Source: Yuukianura sp. NJ FZ-2021
Taxonomy: Eukaryota
Reading direction: 5' to 3'
Length of the DNA stretch: 64,000 nt
Assembly: GCA_046563655.1 (NCBI GenBank)
Contig: CM102285.1
Location: 13,082,001 to 13,146,000 of the forward strand
Part shown: piece by piece, positions 50,001 to 62,302 of the stretch
Position numbering within the stretch: the first letter of the stretch is position 1
How the letters are laid out: each line of letters starts with the position of its first letter
Translations under genes and position numbers: made by a program
The notes under the pieces: model-generated
Database searches by the model: none
What the model was told of the DNA's origin: nothing
Seen by the model: the letters and a program-made list of their open reading frames with translations, nothing else

Positions 50001-53000
50001 AGTTAAGCAATCTACACCAAAACTCAAAAACTTGTTTGATGGACCAAAGAAAATCTTTCAGTCTGCAAAAGTATCACAACTCCATTACCATTTAGGTTCT
50101 GTGGCTGTTAATATCTCAAGGACGAACCGGATTTTAATTACTACTCGTGCCATCTCCTATGTGATTAAAATTAAGCATCATAAATTTGAAGTGCGAAAAT
50201 TAAACAATGATGTGCTTATTCAAGTTTAACCATAAATTTGACAAAAAAAAAATCAAAAAATCTTAGACTTCAACGCCACTTATTAATTTTCACGTTCAAA
50301 TTCAAAGTTAAAATTTTTTTAATACAGTTTGGTTTAGAAATAGGGTTGCACTTTATGAAGTAAAGCCATTCGCAATCCAAAACTTTTTTTTAAACAGTTT
50401 TTTTAATTTAAAAAATTATTATTTCAAATTCAAAATATAAAACAAAACCAAGAATTAATTGATGCCTGAGAAGATGAATTACCGACACAACAACTGTCGA
50501 AATACGAAAAATCTTGCCTTTTATGCAAAGATAGAAATATTGAATGGCGTTAAAACTTGAATTTTTTTTTTCGCTTTTTTCTAATGTTAAATTTTCAAAA
50601 TCTGCTTTGAAAAACCTCTGTTCTTATTGTTTCACCGCACTTTTCAAACAAAACAAAGACAAAGAAAGAAGAAACTTGAAAATTAATATTCATGAACAGA
50701 CTTGGGCATAAGTTTGTCAACCGAGATCTTCCCAGGCTTTTTTGAACAAACTTTTTCGTAAAGACGTACACTGGAAAATTGAAACTTGTGAAACTGTTGT
50801 TGGTATTCGGATGGGCTAAATGATCCTCATAAATGTCCAAGGAAGGAGTGGAGGTATAAAACAAGTCAACACCGTTAAAGAAAAAGGTGGTGACAAAATT
50901 TTTTCGTTTCGAAAGATTTATGATTATTGTTTAATAAGAGTTCAAATTTAAAAGAAAAGGAGAAGAGAAGTGATTCAAGACGAAGCAGACCAAAAGATAA
51001 GCCGAGTTACTCGTTTCTTCTTCAGAAAATATTTGAGAAACGAAAAGATGTAACCAAAGGATTCAAAAAGAAGATGAGCGTTTTGAATCTTTGTGGAGGA
51101 GAGTGTGGCCTTGCGGTGTTTGAACAAAATGAAGTTAGACTTTTGAACCTCTAGTCGAAAAGCTCTCAAAAAACATCCAAAAAGGCGTCGGTCACTTAAG
51201 GTGCCTTTTCTAAATTAATGTTTGAGACTTTTGGAGACCCCTTTAAGTTTTTGGTGCCTTTTGTGGACTAAGGTCTTGTTCTTTTTTTGAAAGAATAAAG
51301 ACAGTGTAATAATCATTAATCAAAAGCCTCCTTTCCCTCTCTCTGCTCTGATGATGTTCGTATATATTTTTTAGATGTTCGTCCGTAAATGATTTCTCTG
51401 CTGTGTTAATGGATCCACCTCCTTTTTCAAATGTGTCTCCAAGTCCAACAAAACTTGTTTTGAAAACCTCTTCGTCCTTACATTCTACAGACGAAGCGAT
51501 GATAACTTTTGATTAAAATTATTTATAGTGTCTCCAAAAAATGATGAAAGGTGGACAATCAACGACGACCAGAAAAGACGAAGCACAATTGTCTTTGACA
51601 ATGTTCTCCAAATTCCATCCTGGCTTTTTTGTTCATCAGTTTAACTAGGAAAACATGAAAATCAACTCTTCATTTTTTAATTAAAGAAAAAGTCAGGATT
51701 TTTTAAATTGTTAGAATTTCAAAAGCTATCAAAACAAACTTTACATTTTTTTTAAAATTTTGTCGAAAAACTTTGCGTTTATCATCCAGTTAAATTTTTT
51801 CCAGAATTGAAGCTGCTTGGTGATAAATTTTGACAAAATAATTTCTCAAAGAATTTTAACCGGAATATAAGCGAGATATTTTTCTACACTTTTTTTTTGT
51901 CTTGTTTAAATTTTAAATTGTAATTTGTAAATTTTGTTACTTCTGTAGTGTATATGTTTGAAAATTTGAACTTTGCAGTAAATTCTCACGCGAGCTTCAC
52001 TCTGTTTTCTTCGAAATGAAGCAGCAGGATTTTGGTTTAGTTTGAATCCGAGTTTAGTACATGTGGGGCCATCTCCCTGAACTTTCTACAAAGAATAGCA
52101 ACCCTCTTCTTTGTTCTCTCTCTACTCTCTGCTTTCCCAAAGAATTGAAAGTTTACAATAACCTAGTTTATAAAAAAACGTATTATTTCACAACATTTTT
52201 AAAACAATACTAAAATTATTGTACATAAATATGCATAAAGTGTTTTCTGTGCTTTTGGTGTTTTCGAATTTTATTACTTAATTACGGCAAAGAAAAATGC
52301 ATTTTTTGTACACTTTATACATATTGTTTTATGTAACAAGAATGTAAAGTAATGTTGCACAATCTTGATTGTAGGTCAAGCTTATGGTAGGTTATGTTAA
52401 TGGGCTCACTTAAAAGAAGATGATTATTTTGTAATTTGGGTCTGTAAATTAGTTTCTTGTTCTGAAGAAGATGAACTTCTTCATCTTCTGCAGAATCTTC
52501 ATATTCTAGTTACGCTGTGCTTGTGATGCAATTTTGTGGTTTCGCAAATGCTACACAAACAAGGAAACTCACTTGTCGCGTGTGTTCGTGTGGATTTTGA
52601 ATGAGAACTTATTTGACGTGACCTGACCCTGATACTACATACAGGAACCATTAGTTTTCAAGAGGGCAGAGGGTGATGCAACTGTTTTCGTTTGTTGTTC
52701 GGCTCACTAATGTTTCTTTTTCCGGGGGAAAGTTGAATGAAAGTTTAAGGGGAATTGAATAGTGGAGGAGTCGTGGATGGAAGCACTCGAAGTTATTGAA
52801 GATTTGAGGGAGCAGGAGGCATACGTTTGCCAAAAATAAATCATTTGAAGATCTCCCATTTATCAAATCCCGCTCAATGGCTTTCGGACGTTCTTCGTCT
52901 TTTTGAGAAGAGGGGGCTGTGCTTCTAACGGTTTCAAATAACTTGTAGAAAATGAAAGGAAGAAAATTATTTATGGGGTGTTTCCATTATTGGTTTTCAC

Positions 53001-56000
53001 TTTTCACAGTATCACTTCTGCTTGGGCTAGAAAGTGAGCTACTGCCGTGCCCTATGCTACTGCTGGCTGTTAGTAGTGCTTTTACCATTGATTAAAAAGG
53101 GGTAAGGCTATAGTACTTGTACTTTCTAGTGAAGAAAGCGAACGTGCCTTGGGCACTTTTCCCACCTTTAATATTCCCATCATCCCAAACCAACTATTTT
53201 TATTATGGCTTATTTCCATTTACCTCCAGAATTTATATTTCTGCTCAACTTTCACTCGAGCGAGAAAGTATGGATCCTCCACAACTGTAATCATACTGAG
53301 AGCTTTTCCACATTAGGAACATAAACACAAGATATCATACAGATATGATTATGGCAACGGAAACAGGTCACTCGATGGTTCATGGTTATACGAATACACT
53401 TTCTCCTGGCTGCGCATGCAATTTCAAGAAATTTATATGACTTCGAGAAAGTTAAGAAATTTGAGGAAAGCAAACGAAATTCCAAAAATGACCAGGATTT
53501 GTGAATTATGTTGTTCAATGTTAAAATTTTACGGGAGAGGTCTATGAAAAATTTCTAATAAGTGAAAATATTTCATCTTATTACTAAATTTAGAATATAT
53601 TTTAGTATTATTCTAATATTTTTTATTTTATGATAATTTTAAATAACGTATTTTGTGTGTAAACTGGCAAGCGTCATCGGTAAACAAGAATGAAACTAGA
53701 GACTGCTTGTAACATGTTGCTTTCAAAATTTTAAAAATTTAGTTGGCGCTTCTGGAGAAAGTTCCGCGGTTTACATAGAAGTTGTTTTTTATTATATTTT
53801 CGGTTCGAGTTTTTGTGCGTATCGATTTGTTGTTGTGAACTCAGATTGTGTAATAGAGAAAGTCTTAAATTGATGAAAAATATCATGTTGAAACTAGGAA
53901 TTTCATTTCACTTTCATTCCATAAGGAGAAAGGAAAAAAGTGTGTTCTGTTCCGTTATTGCCTTCGTCTGTCAAAGAAGCATAAGGTCCCTTCATCTGAT
54001 CTCTCAGTAATAAATTTATGATAGAGATTTTTCTTCAATTTTTCATCAATCTTTACCATTCTCTTCTTTATGGTTCTGGAAGGCCTATTCTGTTGAATTA
54101 GTGATGAAAGTACTGGAGCGGATCATTTTCCTTTGACAGGCAACACCAACTTTCACTACGCAAAAAGTTTCCAAGGTTCCTTCCGCAAAGTAGCAAATTA
54201 TCAAGAAATTTTACAATTTTTACTGAAAAGTGTGCAAAAAGCATAAGTTTTCTGGAGTTGGATTTTTACTATGCAGAAAAGAGCAAGAAACTGAAAATTG
54301 CATCGCACACTGCAAGTTGAACTCGAAAAAAGTAAAAACGGGATAAGAATTTGACAAATTTTTTTAAATAGGGCCAACTGATTAAATTTTGTTGTCATAA
54401 ATTATGTCATTTGAAAAGTTGGAGTGATCCGACAGTTTTGACCTCGTTTTAAGTATGCTCGTGTAATTTATGTAAATTGAATTGAAGAAGGTCAATGAGT
54501 CAGTAGAGTGTCTTCACTCTCAATTCAAAAGATCCCGAATCCTTGGACTCCTTTTGAAGTTCCTGACGGAGGTAGATCAATTAGCAAATATTTTGCAACA
54601 TCTTCTCCCAAAACAAGGTTTAATCTACCAGGATTTTCACACCTTTGTGTCACAAGTCACGGATTACGACTCACTCATAGAAAAGACTGTGCATTTCGTA
54701 TTTTATTAAGTTAGGTCACATAAAGCAATGCCGTAATGCAATTTGGTTAAGGTCGCGTCGTGTCATCTCCTGCATCTCTACGATCTCATCTGCATCTTCA
54801 AAGTTTATCATGAAAAAAAAAGTCCAAGGATTTTTTTCGTCGTGTTTACAAATAATATTTTGATAATCAAAAAAGAAAATAAGCAGAAAAAAATACAAAA
54901 AACATCATTAAATTGTTCTCTCACGATTAAAGAAAGTAAAGATTGGCGCAGATTTCTCTTGACGAAGATGGATTTGGTGAAGATGCTTAAAAACGCAGTT
55001 CATGCTTGAATTTTATGATAGCTTCAACAAAAAAATGGTTCAAAAATTCAAAAAAAAAATTCTTTCAAAAAAGTAGGGCAGTTTTAACTTGTTATTGTTT
55101 TACGTGATCTGTGCGCGTTAGGAAAACATGATGCTTCCGTTTCCCTTTCATTTAAGAAGAAGAAACTTCCTATAGGAGGGGGCTTTTAACTTTTAAATTT
55201 TGATAACCTAAGTTATCAAAATTTTGACACAAAAAAGTAATTAAAATCCATTGTAATATAAGACGTCGTAAATGAGCTTCTGTTTTTTCATTTTTGACAA
55301 AAGTTGATGAATAAAGTGATGAAGTAAGAATTGAATTTTAATTAAACGTCGCTTTTTGCAGATTCTTACTAAAGATTCGATTTGGTTCAAACAAAAAAAT
55401 TTAACCTAAAAAATCTGGTTCTTTTTTGTGTCAATTTCTTTGAAATGAAAAGTCATTTTAATTTTCCTCACATGTAAACATTGTTTTAATGTACGCATCA
55501 TTTGTCTATTCACTAGATCTTTCAAATGTAAAATGTGCATAACCACCTACGTTAAATCGGAATCATTAAGGAACAAAGGGCCTCAATTTTCAACTTGTCC
55601 AACTTTTACTTTTCATAATGCATTATGCATTTGTGATTAGTCTGGCAACCAGTTTTGAACACAAAAAAGTCACTTTTTACATCTGTGCTGTGTAGATTCA
55701 TACAAAACTTGTATGATTTTGTGATCTTATATGCTTGTGTGGATTTGAGCAGCATGCCGTTATGTAATTGAGCAAATACTTTTCATTTCATAACTTTTGG
55801 GACAGGAAGAATAGTAAAGTAAGATGATGATGCTGACACATCGAAATAACCGGATCTTCCCCGAGCACCAAACTACTAACCAAAAGAGATGCAAGTATCT
55901 CTTAAGGCGTCCCAAATGTGTTTTAGTGATGCCTGATGACGATGATGATGGTGAGGGACCCTCTTCCCACTTACTTTGCTCAAATTCACTTTCGTTTTCG

Positions 56001-56190
56001 ACCATTTTGAGTGTCTGTGTTAACCAACTGTACCCTTGGCCAAGTACTCGTCAGTCCAACACTTTGGGTCTGACTAGAAGCAAGGTGACAAAGTGACTTC
56101 GTCCAGAAACAAACAAAAATTGGCTTAGAGCATATTAGGCTTTTTAGATTTTTAAAAAGTTTCAAGCGCAAGTGACTCAGCTTCTTTTCG

Positions 56191-56454
56191 GTAAGTTTCA
56201 AATTCTATTTTTTAAGTCATTTCCCATTAAAAAACGAAAAATGAAGCGGCGAAATTCGAAATTACTCGTGATCCAAACTTTTGGAAATTTGCAAAATGTA
56301 CAGCATGGTCAACAGTTTATAGACAAAAGATGAAGATTAAAGTGGAAACTGATGAAGAATAAAGTTGTTGACGTTTCTCGGTTAATTTTTTTATGCGGTT
56401 TTGAATTTTGAAAAATTTTGAAATCTGAAAACTGAAATTGAGTTTGTTTTTCAG
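56191..56454 (+). other. Probable 5'-UTR intron of the first cuticle gene
   Basis: G|GTAAGT donor at 56191 and tttgtttttcAG acceptor at 56454, directly before AAAATG. Confidence 0.6.
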
Positions 56455-56457
56455 AAA

Positions 56458-57783
56458 ATGACGTCAGCGCTTGTACTACTGATTTTAGTAGCGCAAGTGT
56501 ATGGAATTGCTACTGGAGCTGGTCCATGGTTGGACAAAGTTGACAAGTCACACCTTGCCTTTTCTTATTCAACCCAAGACAAGGCGGCAAGCTTCAACAA
56601 TCCCCGCTTCATTCCACTGCCGTCCGGAAATCATCAATTGCATACCGTTCGCTCACCGACACCGGTGACACCGATTACTTACGGATTCAAACCGATATTG
56701 CGTACTGCGCCGAACTTAGTCTACATCCAGGCGAAAGGACCAGGCTACCAACCACAACCTCCATCAGGCCTTGTCTACCCGAAGCAGAATCAACAGCAGT
56801 CGGATGACTACGAGGGCTTCGACCAGCGTCAATTTTACAGCGTTGCACCATCACCCACAGCTCCAGCAGGCAGTTCGGCCTACACTGGTCCAACACCAGG
56901 CCCTAGTGTGACCTTCACACCACCAGCTAACAGCTATGGTCCACCCAAATCGCAGCCAGCTAACACCTATGGTCCACCAAAGTCGCAACCAGCTGACACC
57001 TATGGTCCACCCAAGTCGCAGCCAGCTGACACCTATGGTCCACCCAAATCGCAGCCAGCTGACACCTATGGTCCACCCAAGTCGCAACCAGCTAACAACT
57101 ATGGTCCACCACCAAAACCCAGTGAAGGTTATGGTGCACCGTCACACTACAGTCCACCACCACCAAGCTCCAGTGCTATCCAGCAAATCGGTGACATCAA
57201 CTACGCTCCAGCTGGAACATCCTACGGCCCCCCTCCAGAATATGGCTCCGAGCTGACACGCAATGCCCCTTCAGATGAAATCAAATTCATCATTTACAAA
57301 CCAGAAAATGAGGAAGTAATCAAAGACACCCTCATTCAACACGCTCACAGAACTGGAGAAAAAATCAAATTCATTCACGGTCCAAATCTCGAAATCAAGC
57401 ATGACCAAAAAGTGTATCTTCCTCCGCCCCGGAAGTCCATCATCTACATTCTACTCAAAGAACCTGAAATTCATACGAAAGTGCAAGTAATGGGTGGCCA
57501 TGAGGAGGGCGCTAAACCTGAAGTTTTTATTATTTACGAAACGAACGATGGAGTGATACGGAAGCACTACGACCTCACAGAAGAAGAAAGTCTGAGAGTA
57601 GTCAAAGCCTTAGGTGACAAGATGCGATTAGCCAAACGAGGTTCCTCGGCTGAGGAAGAACAAGAAGTAAATGAACAGAGGTCAAAAGAGGTCACGAGCT
57701 CATCAACAATTGTTACAGTAACTTCATCTTCCACAAAACCAACGAGTACTACAACACCCAAGTCTAATGTTACAAAGAACTGA
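56458..57783 (+). CDS. Secreted cuticular protein, Tweedle/DUF243-like, with YGPP repeats (441 aa)
   Basis: Signal peptide MTSALVLLILVAQVYG. YGPP repeats. Four hydrophobic blocks IKFIIYKPE / KIKFIHGP / KSIIYILLKEPE / KPEVFIIY resemble the Tweedle blocks (KTLVYVLVKKP, KPEVYFIKY). AATAAA at 58006. Confidence 0.8.
   Translation: MTSALVLLILVAQVYGIATGAGPWLDKVDKSHLAFSYSTQDKAASFNNPRFIPLPSGNHQLHTVRSPTPVTPITYGFKPILRTAPNLVYIQAKGPGYQPQPPSGLVYPKQNQQQSDDYEGFDQRQFYSVAPSPTAPAGSSAYTGPTPGPSVTFTPPANSYGPPKSQPANTYGPPKSQPADTYGPPKSQPADTYGPPKSQPADTYGPPKSQPANNYGPPPKPSEGYGAPSHYSPPPPSSSAIQQIGDINYAPAGTSYGPPPEYGSELTRNAPSDEIKFIIYKPENEEVIKDTLIQHAHRTGEKIKFIHGPNLEIKHDQKVYLPPPRKSIIYILLKEPEIHTKVQVMGGHEEGAKPEVFIIYETNDGVIRKHYDLTEEESLRVVKALGDKMRLAKRGSSAEEEQEVNEQRSKEVTSSSTIVTVTSSSTKPTSTTTPKSNVTKN
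56923..57113 (+). repeat. 33-bp coding repeat PA(N/D)(S/T)YGPPKSQ, 5 full copies plus 1 partial
   Basis: ctatggtccacc recurs every 33 nt. Confidence 0.95.
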
Positions 57784-60700
57784 AACTTTTTTTTTGTAAA
57801 ATGAAACGTTTTCTGACTTCAGTAACATTTTGGACATGACTGTACTTTTTGCTGAATGAATTGAATGCAACAGACCTACTTACTTAAGTTACACCCTCCT
57901 TCTTTTTCCTCTTTTGTGTGCAAATTTTTTAATTATTCCGAATATTGCGTTAGAATGGTAACTTATATAATTGTAAATTTGCAAACGAGAAACGAGTTTT
58001 GTGCAAATAAATGAAGGAAGTTTTTGTAAGGTTGTTTTGTTACTTGACACTTTAGGATTAGTTGCGTGTTATCCTAAAGGTGTAGGCGTCACGTATTGCT
58101 CGTCAATCGTCATGATGGTCAGCACTTTATTCCCAAATTGGAAAACGGCCCGTCAAGTTTCTTGGTACCTGAAGATTGCAATTTCTAAAATATACTTGTA
58201 AGCATTTAGTCAAGTGGACACGACAAATAATTTGAAAGTGAAGTGGTTCGCACCTCCAAATGGAGATCAGAGTGAGAGAGAGAGAGTCAAGAAGTTAATT
58301 ATGTTTTGACTTAAGCTTGTTATAAATAACTCTAGGACTTAAAATTTTGTTATCGTATCATCCCCAATTAGTCTTTGCCAATGTTAAATTACAAATAACG
58401 CAACTTCAAAAACAGAATAAGTTGTGTTTCAGTTAAGTTTTAGTTAAGTTGGTACATGGAATGCCATTTATAAATGGAATGCCAGAGAAAACGCGATACA
58501 GGAAGCTAAAATTTCAAATATTTGCGATGCCGCCAATAAGTGCTTCACACAATGGCATCAGAGATGGCGCGAAATAAAGTTTTGAAGCTTGCAAACTAAA
58601 AAATAGAAAGCAATTCAAACGCCAAAGGTCAAGCAGGGTCGTTGACCTTGCAGTTGGGCACTTTTGTAGTTTTAAAAGCAACCACTAGGTGTCTCAAGAT
58701 TCAACTGTTGCAAAAACGAATATGTCAGATCTTTATGATTTAAAAGTTAGCGCCAATTGAGTTGTTGAATGTTGAAAAGTCCAATAAAAGAGAATGTAAT
58801 GCAATTTGTGCACACGAAGAGATGAGTGTTTTTATGACAGTAAAAATATTTTCGGAAAGTGAAAGTTGGATTATTGTCCAATTTCATTTAATTTTGTGAC
58901 AGTTAACTTAAATTAGTTGCGCTCGCGTGATTGAACAACATAAAACTAAAATGTTTCGGACTTGCTTCAGTATTTTTATTAAGGAAGAAATGTTAAAGTA
59001 GAAACTGAAACTGAATTTTACTTTTTGACATGCATAGTGTCAGTCATATCATAATAAACACTGAAATTAAATAACCAATTTTCCACTTCCATTTTGGAAT
59101 TTCCTGATAATATAAATCAAGTAGTGCAATGCATCATAAAAATTAAATTCAATGACACATGAATCCAATTATCCAATGAAAAAAATATAACTGTTTTAAT
59201 TATTAATCACAAAAGTGCACCGGTCACTCAATTTCACATGTAACTTTCCTTTGAATTTTTTTCTGACTAAACCAATCCAACAACTTCAATATAGGCCAAG
59301 ATTTTTTTTCACACCTTCAGTTAACTTTGGAAAGCTTAACCTAATCGTTTCAAAATATTAGTTAACAGTTAAGTAACATTTTGAAGCTTACTGCTAACTT
59401 AACAAATTTCAAGAAGCGAATCAACATTTACGAACTAAATATGTGTTATATGCTCCAAGAGTCAAAATTCAAATTTGAACTAAAACCAGCCGAAAAAGCA
59501 CTAAAAAATGCAAACAAATTCAATTGCGAGTGAGCCTGGCGAAATATTTTGAATTTTTTGTTGTAACTTTGAAATTTTAGCCACTTTGTCAACAAGAAAA
59601 ATAAAGTAATACGAGTAGCACAATTTCAGTATTGTTTCACCGACTTTTGCATTATAAGGTGTCCCTACTCAACTTGTTACGAAAGACATAAAAAAGTTGA
59701 CAAATTTGCAGCGTTACATCACTAATTATTCAAGCGTGGCGGTTTGTAATTCAGCTCCTGCAACTATAAATTCATTAAAGATCAGACACCCTAATTACAT
59801 TTATACATGTCACATAATGTATTAATTGCGTTTGTGCGAAAAATATCTTGGCAGACATAAATGTGTCAATCACATCCACTTTTTAGATGTGACTTCAACT
59901 TTTCACACTTTTCAGTTCAACTTCATTGATACTTTGACTAATTATGGATGACTCTTTTTAAAATACGTCCTTCGTCACGTACATTTCACACAAGTAGGTT
60001 GCATTGGGTGTCTTTTTTGACTCCGTTGAAGATCGCAAGTATTTTTCTCACGGAATCGCATTGGTTGACGCAAAACTTTCTGAGTATAGTAAAAGGTGAT
60101 ATTTGGCACACTTCGAACAGAAGCACACGAGAAGTCCTTGCAGAGGACGTCTATTGACACATACTGCAGAGAGTAACGAATTTTTAAAGCGTTTAGCATA
60201 AATTAGATACAATTAAGAACTACTACTACACCTCCATTGTTTCAAGTTTCCCCAGAAGGATGAACTGCACCTCCATTCTTCCAAGAAAACGTTTAGAGTA
60301 TGTTAGGTGATACATTCATGTTAGTGTTTATGGCGGTTCAGAAGGTACAAGACAGGTCAATTGCGTTATGTCCTCCTAAGTGCTCTAGTGACTTATTTCT
60401 TTTGCTCTTATAACGTTTTGAAAAACGAGTTGACCTTGTCTTCTTGACCTTCTGCTATTCATTAGTCTACTCAAAAACGGCCTACACGATTGGACTTCCC
60501 TTTTTGGGAATTTTTTGTTTCTGAGTAAAATGGATTTTCCTTGTGATGATTAGTGACAAGGCAAAGAAAAATTGTTGCAATGATTTACTCATCTTCAGTA
60601 GATGTTTTTAATAAACGTTTTAAACATAATTTTTGCTAAAGTTAATTGCAGGGTAGACAAATGAAATCAAAGTGACGTGCCTTGTGGCTTTACCCAAAAA

Positions 60701-62195
60701 TGTTATTGAATAATTCATGCTGCTTTGACCTAAATGTTGACTTGATTTTGGCTACTAACTTGACTAATAGCTTACTTAAGAAGTTTAAATTGATTGCCAA
60801 TTATTGGCAGAAGGTGTTTCTTGGACGTGTTGAGTGAAATTTTGAGCAAGGTGACATGATAGGAGGGGCCTTAAATGAATTTTGGATTGAAAATAAAATT
60901 ATGAAATTTTGAAATTCCAAAATGCACTTTGACTTTGCAGTTTAATAGGCTGTACGTGATTAGAAAACTGGAAGATGATTTTTGTCTGCAAAACGAGGAA
61001 ACAAATTTCAGGAAGCTAAACCTGCAATGTTTACAACAAATTCAGGAAATCAAAATTACCAATGTTTACAAAAAATTCATGAAATTAAAACTTCTGTTTA
61101 CAAAAAATTCAGGAAACTAAATTAGAAAATTTTGGGATGAGTAGGTGTACCCGTCACAAATTTGAGGTGTAGTAAATAGTAAAAACCAGAATTTGTTCCG
61201 CTTACATCTTACCTTTTCGCAAAAAAAAATCTCCACGCAATTACAAAAACGTATGTTCATGTTCCATGTCCATCTTAAGTAGTTTATCCTTGAAGACATT
61301 TAGTTCATATTTACATTAAAAGTTGTTTACGACTCGTTTAGAATAAATAATTAATTAACATGCGCCGTTATTTGTGTTGATTTTCAATGGTAAACATTGA
61401 AATCACCAAATTTGCGCACTTTTTTTTCTCCAAATTTTTGAAAACATTGCTTTTAAGATGCCCACGCGAGGGCATCAACTGCTCTTCGTCAATGGAAACT
61501 GCTTTTGGATCCGCCCAAATCCAGCAGAATTTGCACATTGGCAAATTTTGAATGGATCTTCATTTTTCGCCAAAATTTGCCTAAGGGTGTGTTTAAAAAT
61601 TTCGCGACATGTTCACAGTCGCATCATACAACATTTTTTTTTTTGAAAATTTTCGAAAAACCGGTTTTGAAATGCATGTTACGACTGCTGGCTGTGCTTA
61701 CCTCAGCAACAGTTAAATAATAGGGCTTACGTCTGCAGGGGGGAGGGGGGCCTTAATTATTTAAGGAACAGACGATAAAATCTTAAGTTAACAAATTTCT
61801 GAGAAGAAAAAGACACATTTTTGGTACAAATTAAGGCGTCTACTCCCTCAAAATGTCATTTGCGATGAAGTGATGATGATGATGATGATCTTTTGTTGAA
61901 ATTCTTGGCAGATGATTGTAATTTCTTCCGTATAATTTTTCCGAGTAGAGTGGAGAAGGGGGGACTTAAAGGTACATCAGGAAGGAAGTTTGAAAAGTTT
62001 TCCAAAGTATCCTTAAGCCATGTACTTTCAACAATTAAAAGAGCCCCCAAGTGAAGTGATGCTGGGATAAAATGTGGGGCAGAATGCTTCCAATTACTTT
62101 ACTTTTTAGCCCCCCGAAATGGGAAATTGTTGTTGATTGTTGGTGGGAAGAAGAAGTACGAAGGTGGCGGGGGGCTAAGTTTTTGGATGGCGGAA

Positions 62196-62236
62196 TATAA
62201 AAGGACTTGGAGGCCTTCAAGCACGTTAAATCATCG
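62196..62236 (+). promoter_or_regulatory. TATA box and likely initiator of the second cuticle gene
   Basis: TATAAAA at 62196-62202, Inr-like TCATC at 62231, and TCAAAATG start context at 62303. Confidence 0.65.
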
Positions 62237-62302
62237 CGGAATCACAAACTTACAAGCATCACATCTTGTTCTTCTTCAGTTGAACAAATCAATCGGATCA
62301 AA

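Noticed and set aside
52466..52489. 10-bp hairpin AGAAGATGAA/TTCATCTTCT
   Set aside because: Short and low complexity; expected by chance and too short for a pre-miRNA.
46700..56190. Short ORFs of 60-90 aa on both strands
   Set aside because: AT-rich, mostly non-ATG starts, with no recognisable domain or consistent exon chain. A degenerate gene or lncRNA cannot be excluded without RNA data.
56900..57250. Pro-resilin call for the YGPP protein
   Set aside because: There are no glycine-rich GGRPSDSYGAP repeats and no R&R chitin-binding consensus. The C-terminal blocks fit Tweedle/DUF243 better.
61871..61889. (GAT)n microsatellite, plus (CTG)n near 46874 and (GA)n near 58274
   Set aside because: Ordinary short microsatellites with no sign of function.
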